Shown: positions 23,212 through 35,903, numbered from the stretch's first letter. The stretch is 64,000 nucleotides of DNA from Blepharisma stoltei ATCC 30299 (GCA_965603825.1 CBFDEM010000057.1:496001-560000), one strand, 5' to 3'. Program-made: numbers and translations. The notes: a model not told the origin generated them from the letters alone.

Positions 23212-24618
23212 ATGTTGGCTTCTCTTTTAAGAGCAGTGAGACCTGCTCCGAAGTTCGTGATGAGCGAACCTAAAGGACCAATAGTAAAAAGTGTAGTCCC
23301 AGGACCAGAAAGCTTAGCTTTACTAAATGAATATGAAGGATTGACGCAAGATTTCAGGACTGTGAGGTTTTTCGCAGATTATCAGAAAAGCATAGGAAAT
23401 TATGTAGCAGATGCTGATGGAAATATGCTTCTGGATGCATATACTTTAAATGCTTCCTTGCCAATTGGCTACAATCATCCTAGCTACTTATCATTTCTGG
23501 ATAATGCCAACATCCGCAATCATCTAATTCACAGAACAGCTTGCGCAGTAACTCCATCAAGCGATTGGGCTTTAAAGCTAAAAAACACCTTATTGCCTCT
23601 TGCCCCTGAAGGGCTGACTGAAGTCTTTATGTCTTGCGGCTGTGGAATTGGAGCTACAGAAAATGCGATGAAGGCAGCTTCGATTTGGTATTATAAAAAT
23701 CAATACGGAGTTGATTACACTCCTGAACAAATAAAATCAACAATAGAAGGAAAACCTCCTGGAATTCCTGATTATGCATTTTTAAGCCTTGAAGGCGCTT
23801 ATCATGGGAGAAGCATAGGATTACTCTCAGTATCTTCCTCATCAGGGCTTGACAAAGTAGATTTTCCCAGCTTTAAATGGCCTAAAGCTCCTTTTCCTAA
23901 AGAAAAATACCCAATTGGAAACCATTCAGAAAATAAAGCTCAAGAATCGCAAGCATTAGAAGCTACAAGAAAAGTATTTCAAGCCAGCAAAATTCCTATA
24001 GTAGGGCTGATGGTAGAACCTATACAAAATGAAGGAACTTATTACGCTAGTCCTTATTATTATCAGCAACTTCAAGTCATTGCAAAAGAGTTTAAGGCAG
24101 CTCTTATTGTTGATGAAACTTACTCAGGCGTTGGGGCAACAGGAAAAATGTGGGCTCATCAGCATTGGGGAATAAATCCAGATATTCTAGTTTTCTCCAA
24201 AAAAGCTCAAGTTGCAGGATTTTTCTCTAAGCCTGAATTTAGGCCACCTCACCCTCTTATGATGATGGGTACTTGGTGTGGTGATCCATTGCGTCTATAT
24301 CAACTGCAAGGGGTAATGAATGTTATTACTAATGATAATCTAATTGCAAATGCTGAATCAACTGGCGAATATCTATTAAGTGGTCTTAGCATTATTCAGG
24401 GAAAGCGTGGAAAAATAGCAAATATTAGAGGAGTTGGGCTGCATTTAGCATTTGATATGCCAGATAAAAAGAATGCTTGGGGTTTATGCAAAAAATTGTT
24501 GGAAAAAGGAGTTCATGTAGGAGTAGCTAAAGATAATGTGATTCAGCTAAGACCTTCATTAATCTTTGGAAGGGAGCATGCTGATATATTCTTGAATGCA
24601 GTAGATGCGTCCCTTTAA
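23212..24618 (+). CDS. ABAT: 4-aminobutyrate aminotransferase-like (class III PLP enzyme), mitochondrial
   Basis: The real start is MLASLLRAVRP (presequence-like). SIGNYVADADGN, PIGYNHP, YHGRS, EPIQNEG, FSKKAQ (PLP Lys), TWCGDP. Confidence 0.85.
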   Translation: MLASLLRAVRPAPKFVMSEPKGPIVKSVVPGPESLALLNEYEGLTQDFRTVRFFADYQKSIGNYVADADGNMLLDAYTLNASLPIGYNHPSYLSFLDNANIRNHLIHRTACAVTPSSDWALKLKNTLLPLAPEGLTEVFMSCGCGIGATENAMKAASIWYYKNQYGVDYTPEQIKSTIEGKPPGIPDYAFLSLEGAYHGRSIGLLSVSSSSGLDKVDFPSFKWPKAPFPKEKYPIGNHSENKAQESQALEATRKVFQASKIPIVGLMVEPIQNEGTYYASPYYYQQLQVIAKEFKAALIVDETYSGVGATGKMWAHQHWGINPDILVFSKKAQVAGFFSKPEFRPPHPLMMMGTWCGDPLRLYQLQGVMNVITNDNLIANAESTGEYLLSGLSIIQGKRGKIANIRGVGLHLAFDMPDKKNAWGLCKKLLEKGVHVGVAKDNVIQLRPSLIFGREHADIFLNAVDASL

Positions 24619-24714
24619 ATAAGAAAAATATTTCTTAAAAAATAATTTTAAAATTCAAGATTTTTCAGAAAAATAGAATTTTATTTATCTTTAGTGATAA
24701 AAATAAAGAATAAA

Positions 24715-26652
24715 ATGGCTGAAGAATCAAAAGCTGAAGGAAATACCTCTTATGGGCAATGCTATTTAGATGCTGCTGTACAAATTCTCTATAACACTGT
24801 TCCTTTTAGAAGCTCTTTTCCAACCTCAAAACATCTATCAAATGAAGTATCTCAAGAGCTTCATAGGATTTTTATTAAGATGAGAAATGGAAATAAAGAC
24901 TTTTGCAGTTCAGCAAGCCTTAAGAAAGCATTAATTAGCAGGTATGGTAAAGTATTTGATAATGAAAAAGGCTATGAGCCTGCAAGCACAATTACTTATA
25001 TGCTACGGTCTCTCTATAAAGATCGAAAAACAGAAATTAAAACCTACCAAGAAATGGCTCATGCTAAATTTGGGAACTGGCCAAAAGGTATGAATATTAA
25101 TGACAGTTTAATTAAAGTATGGGGCTTTGAGTACTTTTTACATTATGACGCAGAACCAGGAGTATTTTCTTTAAAAATTCTGCCAAAATCAGTATCATGG
25201 ATCAGCCATGAAAAACAATTTTCTGTAAAAACTGATAATTTCCCTGAAATTGTCATGATTGAAGGGAAAATGAACACAAACGAGGATATGTGAGAAAGTG
25301 TTTTAAATAGCGAAAAAGAATGATACTCAAAAGAGCATAAAGGTTTTTATAAGCTAACTGGAGTGATATTTTACACAAAGCAGCATTTTCTAGCAGCTTA
25401 TTATTCAGAAGACAGGAAAAAATGAACCAAAATAGATAATCGAGATCTTGAAGAAACTGATGAATTTTTAGATTTTTTGAAGGATGATAGTCTTAAGCCA
25501 ATATTCCTTATTTTTACATGGACTGCAAAAGCTGTTGAACCTGATGAAACTCTACCAAATGAAATTTCAGAAGAGTTGACAAAGCAGGATTCATTTCTTA
25601 CAATCGATTTCGTGCGGCCTGACAAAGAGCAGCTCTCTATCGAAGAACCAAATATAGAGCTGCTTTCGGCCGAGCAACCAACTACAGAGCAGCCATCTAT
25701 TGGGCAGCAAGATGTGGAGGAAGTTCATCAGCAGCCAAATATAGAGGAGCCTTCTATTGAGCAGCAAGGTACAGAACAGCAGTTAATCGATTCATCACAT
25801 ATAGAGGAGGCTTCTATTGAGCAAGTAGCTACAGAGCAACAAGGTGCAGAACAGCAGCTGATTGATTCATCACATATAGAGGAGGCTTCTATTGAGCAAG
25901 CAACTATAGAGCAGCAATCTATTGAGCAATCACTCATAGAGAAGCCTCCTACAGAGCAATCAACCATAGAGAACCAATCCATTATCGAGCAGACAAATAT
26001 AGAGGAGGAGTCTTCTATCGAGCAAGCAGCTATAGAGCAACCATATATTGATAAACCAAGTATAGAGAGGCCTCTTATTAAGGAAGCCAATATAGAAGAA
26101 GTTCCTATTGAGCAGTCAAGTACAATACAGGAGCCTTCTATCGAACAATTAACTATAGAGCAACCATATATTGATAAACCAAGCATAGAGGAGCCTCTTA
26201 TTAAGGAAGCCAACATAGAAGAAGTTCCTATTGAGCAGTCAGATATAATACAGGAGCCTTCTGTCGAGCAACTAGCAATAGAGCAATCATATATTGATAA
26301 ACCAAGTATAGAGGAGCCTCTTATTAAGGAAGCTAACATAGAAGAAGTTCCTATTGAGCAGCCAGGTATAATACAACCTGAAACAGAACCTTTTTATGGT
26401 GAGTCTTATATCGAGACTATTAATGAGCCTCCTTTTAATGGCAATTCGCGCATAGAAGAATCATACCAATATGATGAGCCATCATATTTATTTTTAATTG
26501 AGAACTTAAAAGAAACAAATACTCTTGATCAAGAAATAAGATCTGAAGATTTAAGAAGAAGGATAAATAGGACAAATATTGCTGAATGCCAGCAATGTGG
26601 AGCGCTCTATCCAATTTATATTGGAAAATGCATCAAAAAGAATTGCCAGTAG
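24715..26652 (+). CDS. Compact USP (peptidase C19)-like domain + acidic tandem repeats + C-terminal Cys4 motif
   Basis: Cys box QCYLDAAVQIL. With TGA=W at 25291, 25321 and 25423 the His box reads YKLTGVIFYTKQHFLAAY..W-TKIDN. One continuous frame to TAG 26652. Confidence 0.7.
25630..26370 (+). repeat. Coding tandem repeat: ~15-nt (xxIEQ/IEE) base unit with higher-order 75-nt (x2) and 123-nt (x3) units
   Basis: ATAGAGGAGGCTTCTATTGAGCAAG at 25801 and 25876; CATATATTGATAAACCAAG at 26042, 26165 and 26288. Confidence 0.85.
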
Positions 26653-26796
26653 TCTATTTAAATAAAACAATCCTGATTTTTTTTCTTTACGTTCAAAATT
26701 TTTTATTTTTAATTTATTTCTAATTGGCTTACCGTAATCATACCAGTTTTAGAACTTTTGCTCATTTTCAATATATAATTGTTAACAAATACTAAA

Positions 26797-27219
26797 ATGC
26801 AGTCAGCAGGTATTTTCTATTCAGTTCCAAGAAATTTCAGGCTACTTGATGAGCTTGAGAAAGGTGAGCATGGCTTAGGCGACCCCAATGTAAGCTATGG
26901 CCTTGACAGAGGCGATGACATAACACTAAGCAGCTGGAAAGGAATGATTATCGGCCCATCAGGCGGTACATTTGAGAATCGCATATATGAGCTCAGATTT
27001 CAGTGCGGGCCGAACTACCCTCTGCAGCCTCCACAAGTCCAGTTTGTCACAAAGGTCAATGTGCCAAGTGTTAACCCTCGTAATGGTGCTGTTGAAGGCT
27101 TAAGAATTCTTCAAGCCTGGAGTCCTGAGTATACTATGGAAACCATCTTAGTAGAACTCAGAAAAGAAATGATCGCCAACAAGAGACTTGCTCAGCCTCC
27201 TGAGGGGGATAATTTTTAA
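26797..27219 (+). CDS. MMS2: Ubiquitin-conjugating enzyme E2 variant MMS2/UEV1
   Basis: VPRNFRLLDELEKGE, SYGL, WKGMIIGP, ENRIYEL, CGPNYP, LAQPPEG; no catalytic Cys. Confidence 0.93.
   Translation: MQSAGIFYSVPRNFRLLDELEKGEHGLGDPNVSYGLDRGDDITLSSWKGMIIGPSGGTFENRIYELRFQCGPNYPLQPPQVQFVTKVNVPSVNPRNGAVEGLRILQAWSPEYTMETILVELRKEMIANKRLAQPPEGDNF
26810..26824 (+). other. Probable in-frame, stop-free 15-nt intron GTATTTTCTATTCAG
   Basis: Matches the local intron consensus (GTA, A10, YAG); splicing gives MQSAVPRNF. Confidence 0.7.
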
Positions 27220-27246
27220 GATAACAATCTCTATTATTTAACTGAA

Positions 27247-27894
27247 TTAAAGCTTCATGATACAAACAACGATTACTAAAATTGCGACTGCTAGCGCTGT
27301 CATCACTAATAGAACTTTGCAACAGTTCTTTTTGCGCCTTTGTTTGGCGTCTGTTTTATATAGCTCATCTACACCCTTTCCAGTGTATTTTTCAGCATTT
27401 CCGACATCTGTTTCGATTGTATCAAGCATAATCCCTTGCTCGCTTACAATTTCAGAGAAGCCTTTCATTATATCGCGGGCTTCTTTCATTCGGTTTTCAA
27501 TTACTTGGGCATGCAGCCTTTGCTCTTTTCGGAGCTCTTCAGTAAAAGTGTCGATTTTTTGTACTTGTGTTTGCTTTTGATTAAAGTTTTCTGCTTGGAA
27601 TGATTGCAAGATTGATTCAAACTCCATGGAATAGCCTTTAAATAGCCTTTCTTTTTCAGCTCTGTCTGCAGGATTTTTCACGGGAAATTTTTCAAGATCT
27701 TTTAAGGTCTTTTCAATTATTTCACATTCTTTATCGATTTCATCCATCGATTGTGTGCTTTCATATCTAGCAACATAATTTTTTAATTTTTCTATGTTTT
27801 CCCTTGTCTCTTCTCCTTTATACTTAATTTGTGTATCTAGTAAAGGTTTCTGTATAAATTTTACCTTAATTCCATTTTGTGCTCCAAAAGACAT
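27247..27894 (-). CDS. Syntaxin-like Q-SNARE
   Basis: SNARE motif IVSEQGIMLDTIETDV followed by a C-terminal TM. Confidence 0.85.
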   Translation of the reverse strand: MSFGAQNGIKVKFIQKPLLDTQIKYKGEETRENIEKLKNYVARYESTQSMDEIDKECEIIEKTLKDLEKFPVKNPADRAEKERLFKGYSMEFESILQSFQAENFNQKQTQVQKIDTFTEELRKEQRLHAQVIENRMKEARDIMKGFSEIVSEQGIMLDTIETDVGNAEKYTGKGVDELYKTDAKQRRKKNCCKVLLVMTALAVAILVIVVCIMKL

Positions 27895-27916
27895 TTATTT
27901 ATAAGAATATCAATTA

Positions 27917-29815
27917 TTAACCCCAAAACTCCACTCTAAACCTCCCTTCATTCGTCAATTTTGATATAAATTCTGTAGAATCCTCGCCCAAGTGCTCATT
28001 TGCTATTGTTTTTAGCATATCAGAGACCCCTTTTCCCATCAAAGTTGACCCACAAATATACAAATAAGCGCCTTTATTTGCAAGCAAATCCCAAATTTTA
28101 TCATGCTGCGTAAAAATAATATCCTGGACATAAATCTTATGAGCCTGATCTCTAGAAAAGGCTACAAAAAGACTATGAAGAACATGCGGACCTTCGCCTC
28201 ATTTTTCGGGGCGGTACTCGAATTCTGAAGCTGGGGAATCAGAAGGGATAATAAAATTCTCTAGATCGCGCTTGTATACAAATTCTCTAGATTTATTGCG
28301 ACTGCCGAAATAGAGAATAGTTTCAGGATACCCAACTCCTTCTGAAGCAAAATATTGAAGCTCTTGAAGAAAACCTCGAAATGGGGCCACCCCGCAGCCA
28401 TTGCAGATCATAATGATTGGAGTAGGTACAGGAGGAAGCTTAAACGCAGAAGTTTTAAAAAAGCCACGGACAGGCTTGTAGAGGCCGGTTACATGCATTT
28501 TTTCGAAATAGCCTGAGCAAAGCCCTGTCCTGATTTTCCCTTCACTTGTTCTATGTCTTGCTACATCGACTGCAATATGAATGGTATTTTTATGGAGTTT
28601 TGATGAGGATGCTACTGTATAATATCTTGCTTGAATTCTATCTAAGATCTGCACTAGTGCTCCTATTGGAATTTTAACTGATGAGTATTTTCTCAATAAA
28701 TCAACAACAGTGATCATAGGTTCTTCAATAATTCTCCTGTACTCATCTTTTCCTTTCAAACTTGCTAAAAACTCCAGTTCTTTTTGTTCTTCAGGGTCTG
28801 AAGCGAATTTTGAAATGTTTTTTATGATTTTTTTCCTAATCAAGCTAGTCAAGTCACAGTACTTCGTCAATGCTTCTCCTACTGTCAAAGGTGTTGGGAA
28901 AGGATGTTTTTTGCCTTGGATTGGTAAGAACTGAAATGTTAGTTCTAAGTCATAATCTTGTAGAGCTGCCAGTTCCCTTACTATTTCTTCATCGTTTTCT
29001 GGGAAAATTCCAAAATTGCAAGCAGTTTCGTATTCCCTTTCAATTTTCATTTCGACATGTAACGCTGAGTTCTCAGGATCTCTCTTGAGCTCTTTTATTT
29101 TGGATACCGGACACTCCATGCTTGTTATCAACGCTTTGCTGGACTCTTCATAGACAATTAAAGGATTTGGCTTGGTAAGATTCACATGATGCGCCACTTC
29201 TAAAAACTCGAAGTCTGCAAACGGTGAGATCCTTGTCTTCTTAACAATACCAGGCAGGATTTGCCACAGCTGTTCTTTCCACTTGTCGAATTCTTCGACA
29301 TCATCTTCATGAGATTCGACTGTTTTGATTAGCTGATTAGCTCCAAGTTTAAGTAAAGAATCGCTAATTTTTCTCGCTGTGGCATGATTATTTGCGTCTA
29401 GCTTTTTACTTAGCCCAAAAACTGCATAAGACAGCTGTGATAAATTTTCATTAGATGCCTTTGCCACCTTAGTAATCCACTTGAGAAATTGAGATGCATT
29501 GGATGGAGGCGCTCCATCTTCCTGAGTAGAGCAGATAATAACACAAAAGTCGTGCTTCTTGAAGTCTCTGATTTGGAAGTTGTCAAGCGACACAATGTGG
29601 GGTGAGAAGCTGTACTTGATAGCCTCACATGCTAATATGTTTGCCAGCTTTTCTGCATGACCGGTTTGAGAACCAACATATATGTGGAGGTGACCTAATG
29701 TTTCTGTTAAAGGTTCTGATTGAGGAGAAGGATTTTGATTCTTTTTATTCTTTAAGTATCACCAGCTACAAAGCCCGATGATAATAGTTGCAATAACAGC
29801 AAACAGCCAAGCCAT
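27917..29815 (-). CDS. POR: NADPH-cytochrome P450 reductase-like diflavin reductase with N-terminal anchor
   Basis: ATG 29815, TM segment, TGA=W, IYVGSQTGHAEKLA, RYYTVASS, GLCSGY, GVAPFRGFLQE. Via TGA 28199: AFSRDQ..KIYVQD..YICGS..EFWG-TAA. Confidence 0.85.
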
Positions 29816-30875
29816 TTTATCATTTACCAATAGATATTAGAGAAAAAAGAATAATTGGAAATTGGTGATGTGTGCAAGAAGAAATTGGGGCAGAGTTTTT
29901 GAGAAAGTGAAGGCTAAAAAGCCATTGATGAGAAATTACGATTGTGGAAATAAATGAGAATTTGTTGTGGTTATTATTGAGCATCCCAAAGAGATTTAGG
30001 ATGAAGCAAATGCTTATTTGTATATATAAAAAACAACAGGAAAGCTTTTCTATCATATAACTTGCTTCTAGAAATGTTTCTGAGGAGATTAAATGCGGCT
30101 GCTTTTGCATTAATATGTCATAATTATTAATCTTAATAAAATCAGGCACTTAATTTGAAGTAAAAGTAAATATTCAACTTGATTAATAAATATTAAAATA
30201 GTTTGAATTAGGATAGATGCGGAATTAGAGAGAGTCACTGACTTGCATTACCACCCTTTAAATGTTTTATCTCACTTAAATTAAGTTAATATTAAGAAGG
30301 TTGAATATAATAAACAAATTTTTCAATACCAGAAAATTAAAGAAGCATAATTGAATATTCTCCCACTATTTCATAAAATATTAATTTCTCATTTAATCTT
30401 TTGATTTTTTTTTCCAAATATTTACTATAAATTTAACTGATAAATGGTTTTATTATTTAACAACTGCTACTATCACCAATAATAAACAAAAATCAGTGAA
30501 AACAATACCAAATACTCTTTAAAAAATAATTTATAATGTGAAATTAAGCATTTCAACATTTCAATATACAGCATACGTGAAGGCAAATCAAATTCACTGT
30601 TTTTCTTAGAGATTATTGATAAACAGATGCTAAAAATTAATAAGCTTAAGATAATATTTATTCGAATTATGTACATCAAATTCTATTAACAGAAAATTCA
30701 TTATTTAAGCTTCCTTTTTGCTTTTTAGCTAAAATGGTGAGTAAAGGATTAAATAATGTTTTCATAAATGTAGCCAGATAGCCTATAACTAATTTCAGAA
30801 ATCTATATTGCTATAAAGAGTCATTTAAGAGTGCTAACTCAGATAAAAAACAAAATCATAAATGGATATAAAATT

Positions 30876-33800
30876 ATGCAAGGACATTTTGACGAAACAG
30901 AGTTTTTGAAAAATCAAGCCGAAGATGAAGAAATGGATGAAAATAACGCTGAGGGAAAGGATCAGATCTTACGTATCATAAAAAATTACTTGTTTCACCT
31001 ATTTTTCAAATTAAATACTACAAAATTTTCATCAGGGGTTTATTACTATGTAATTATGATAACAATAGAAACAGCCCAACTTCTCACTTATGTCATGGTT
31101 GACGGCGATTATTCCGCATTGGGCCCATACGAAGACACGAGCCCCTGAAATCTCAGCCAAACCCAATGATTAATCGATGTTTGCTGGGTATTTCGAGTTG
31201 ATCACTATTTCCACAGCAATTACATTTCTTATGTGGTTCTCATTGCTATTTGGGGATCATTGTTCGGAGGTTTGATCAGTCTATGTGTTATAATAGCCCT
31301 TGAGAGAAAAACTTATACCCTAACCTTGAATTTTGTAGTCAAGGTAGCCAAAATGCTGATAACCCTTATGACGACAGTTCTGTTTATACCTATCGTTGAC
31401 ACTTTTGCATTTGGGGCAAGATGTGCATTCAGTACCCATAGCCACTGTTTGGATTTGTATGAAGGAATTCCCTTTATGGTAGGCTATATTGGGGCAACCG
31501 TTGTATTTGTAGGGGTTATGATGCTTTGTGCTGGATTGTATTATGATTTTTGCCCTATTTGTGGCAATATGATGGGCAAGCCGCATTCAAGGTTTAAAAT
31601 TTTAAAGCTGGGGGTGATCGTGACAATCATCTACTGTAATTATTTTATCATGATTTCTGGCAAAGAAATCTTGTTTTTGATTGTATGTCTAGCTATCAGC
31701 TTGATAAAATGCTATGTATTTATACAATATATCCCTTACTATAATATGAGAATGTGCAACGTCAGACTTGCTGAATGGGTCGCCTTTTTATCAGCTGTTT
31801 TTTGTTTGATTATTGGCCAGTTCTTTAATAGCACTGACGAAACAAACTCATCGATTACCATGCTGTTTTATTTTTTAACCCCTTGTCTAGTCCAAATAAG
31901 CCAACTTGCTATGATCCGTCGTAGTAAAACTATCGCTGAAAAAGGAATCCAACACCTTACTAACCCTTATCAAGTCGAAATTAAAGCAAGAATGCTTGTG
32001 CTTAAGCTGGAAGAAGCCAGAAATAAAAATGTCAAAAGCATTTACGGGGAAAACGAAGAGGATGAAAATCAGGAATTCCAAACAGTCCAAGCAGAGACTT
32101 TGGTAGAAATTGAAAATCTTTATACAGAAGCCTTCAAAAAATTCCCAAATGCTGAGTTACTTTATCTATGGTCAGGCTTGATCCAACTGCATATCTTCGG
32201 AAATTATATTTTATCTATTTTACAATGCTTTAAAGGTATTTTAAATGCTAATAAGCTAGATTCCCAATATGCCCTTTACCATTTCAGGCGTACAAGCGTC
32301 AGCTTTTATAAAGCACATATAAAAGATGATGCATATGACTATGAACTCTTTGAAAAAGCTTTCCAAAGTGCTCAGAAAAATGATGAGGCAGTGACTAGGT
32401 CCCAGTTTTATTTCTGGGCTGAATTGGAGTCAAAAGCGCCAAAAATACAAAAACTAAATAAACTGGCAGGGGAGACTACAAAAATGATTGGAGTTGCAAA
32501 GGCTAATTATCAGAAATTATTGAAGCTGAACTCGAAAAATACGCAAGCACTTAGAATGTATGGGTGGTTCCTTAGTAGTTTGAATAATTACGCTGAGCTT
32601 GGTCAAAGATATCTAAATAAAGCCGAGATGCAAGAGGAAGCTCAGCAGAAAAACATGAACTCAAATATCATGACAAGCTTGACACAGCCACTTTCATTTT
32701 TCGATTCTGATAATGCAATTTTGAGAATTTCTGGCGATTTTGAGACTTTAGGAGAAATTCAAAAAGCCAATGCTTCAGCTTGCCAACTTTTAGGATATCT
32801 TTCAGCTGAGTTGATAGGGAGAAATGTCTCGCTAATCATCCCTTCTCCCTTTTCCGAGTCTCATGATGATTACATCAAAAAATACCACGAATCAGGGAAG
32901 CATACAATCATCGACAACCATAATCTGGTTGTATATTTCGCCAACAAAAGTAACAATATTTTTGAAGCCAGGCTGCTCTTAAAAGTGGTTCCAAATGATT
33001 CAAATCCTCCATTTCTCTCCGCTATCATAAAACCTACCAATCCCAGCTATGAAACTATTATGCTTAGCAAAGACCTCGTCATCACTGGGTATACCCAGCA
33101 TTGCAACGAGCTTTTTGATTTAGGAAACACCAAAAACTCTGAACAGAAAATCTATAACATCATCAATAAGTTTGAAGAATTCAAAGAAGAAATGATGAAA
33201 GAAGAAGGGTTTGAGTATACCCATGACCATGAAGGCAAGAAAAACAGAATGCTACTTAAACTTACAGAGCTTAGACTTGGTGATAAGAGCGTTTCATTGC
33301 TAAAAATTGAGCTTGTCAAAAGTTTGGAAACTAAAAGAGAAGAAAAATTAATTGATACGTCAGGCCCAGTGACAGCAGGAAAGCCTATGAACGAATTGAG
33401 CAAACCTGTTAGTGCTATGGTACCAAACCAAGTATTCTTTCAAGAAAGACCTAATGTCCCGCTAAATCATAATGAAATAAACCTGGAAATTGACTCTACT
33501 GATTCAAATTCGAAAAGTAAAATTGCTGCCTCAATGCAATTATCACAATCCAGTGAAGACTCTTCAGAAGAATCTTCGAGCCAAAATTCTTCAGAAGACT
33601 CCAAAGAGGAAGAAGAAAAAACTTCAGACAACTCATCAAGTGGCTTGAAAAGTGGAAGCAGGCACTCAGGCAGTATTAAAAATAAAATTGATATTTCAGG
33701 GATTACTGAAGAGCTAAACAGTTTAAAAAACTCCAAAAAAAGTAGCGTCTCATCTCCATCAAAAACATTTGGCTCAGATTCTGAAGACAAGTCACAAGAA

Positions 33801-35903
33801 GAGGAGGAAGAGGAAGAAGAGGAAGAAGGCGACAAAACTAGTGAAGAAATCGAGTCAGACGACGCCTCATCCTTCGAAAAATCCGGCTCCAGCGAAATCG
33901 AAGTCAGTCATAGCCATGAAGAAGAAAACGGAGAAGAAAATGCTGATCAAAGTGTCCACAGCTCTTCAAAGAGCATGAACTCCTCTATGGGCTCTCTCGC
34001 TCAATTCAACAAGTCAATTAAAGCTTTAATCCAGTATGAATTTTCCCACACAAAGAAATACGTCATGAGATTCAAAATTACTTTGATCGTGACCATCTTG
34101 ATCCTTATCATGACCTCAGTTATTACTTTTGAAATTATTGATACTTCAATTACAGCCAACGAAGACCTGACTCATTACGTCAATTTAGTAGGGACTTTAC
34201 GTATGAATACCCAAAATATGGCATATTACGCAAGGATGCTCTCGTTAATGGACAGCGACACAATTAGTAATGCGGACAGGAACCTTTATTTTAACTGGCT
34301 AGAAAGTGATGATGACGATATGCATGATATCAACCTCAAAATCTACCAAAATTATGGACTGCTAAGTAGCGCTGATAAAGATGTTTACATTATAAGGGAT
34401 ATAGGAACTTGGCTATTAGAAGGAACAAGCATTAGAGAGCTCCAATGCAATTTATTTGATGCAACCTCAAATATGATCCTTCAAGGGTATTTGCTGAAAA
34501 AAGACTATGAAAGCTCAGTAGTGTCATTAAATAACAGAAGAGGATTTTATTTATTCAGAAACGGTGTTGGCGAAACTCTAGGCTACATCAATTCATCAGC
34601 TTCATTTTATGTGGATGCAGCTCTCAGAGACATTACCAGTGAAAGGCTTACTGCAATTATGCTTATTATGACCGCTGTAATTTTGCTTGTGTTTTGTGCG
34701 CTATTCGCTATAGTTCCTGCGATGAAAATTATTGAAAAATCCCGTAGAGAAGTTTGGGAAATTTTCTTTGAAATCCCTGGATATGTGTGTAGAGTTATGA
34801 AGGCAAAATGTTCTGACAGGTTGAATATCTTAAATGAGCAAGCTAACCTAGAACTTGAAGAAATGGGAGCTGAAGCTGCAGAAGAGCAAGCTAATTTAGA
34901 CAGTGAAAAAAATAAAGAATCGACTAAGAAGTCAGAGAAAAGCAAAGAAAAAGAAAAGAAAAAAAAGAAAATCTTGGCCGAGAAAAAAGTCTTGGCCTAT
35001 GACCCGAAACAAAGGAAAATCATGACTTTTAAAATGGCAGGGTTTTTCACTGTAAGTTTGGTGTACTTTTATTTGATTTATTATACAGGCTTTGAAGCTG
35101 TGGGACAGATTTTGAACGACATGCCAATACATGTGGATTGGTCAGCAAGGAGACAAGAATTGACAAAGGCTATTAACTTTTGGGTAAACGAAGCACTGTT
35201 TGAAAACATAACAGGAATTGGATACAAATATGTAGTGCCAAGTGGACAAGATGTAGGAGACTGCTTAAATGAAGCTTCAAGATGGATTGATGAGCTGGAT
35301 TATGTAGAAAACAGTTTGATTTTTGGAAATGACGAAGAAGGGCTGACATATAATGATATGAGAAGCTCAGAGCATGACAAAATTTTATTTGATGATGCCT
35401 GTGACGTCCCACTCATAAGGAATTTAGATGACTGCTCAACAGCTGGCGACGGAATGCTAATGCAAGGCCTTCATAGTGCTCTTGGCGCTTATACAACCCT
35501 AGCGAGAAATCATCTTTTAAACATCCAAACATTATACGACAAAAAGAACTATACCTTAGCGACTGTTCTCCAATACTTCAAAAGTGACGACATGCAGCTT
35601 TTGCGAGATCTTGATAACCATTATCTCTACGACGCATTGACCCGGACTACCGATCTCTATGAATCCGACTACAAAGACCAAGTTCAGCAAATGCAAGTGT
35701 GGCAAAACTTGCTGATTTCTTTATATTCCGTCTTCTCTCTGCTCTTTTTCTTCTTGGTGTATTCTCCTATGATCAATAAAATCGGACATGACACGAACAA
35801 TGCGTGGAGTATGCTGGCATTGATTCCTCAGGAGTATCAAGAAGATTTCAAACTGCTAGCAGCAGCCATTAAAGAAAGAAAAGACAACTTTAGATGGAGA
35901 TAA
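30876..35903 (+). CDS. Large multi-pass membrane protein with TPR-like region and PAS domain (TmcB/TmcC-like family)
   Basis: 30831..31148 and 31233..35903 join via TGA 31146 and 31167. N-terminal TM bundle (IETAQLL, YIPYYN), PAS (NASACQLLGY..ELIGRNVSLIIPSPFSESHDDYI), S/E-rich linker, C-terminal TMs. Confidence 0.82.
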
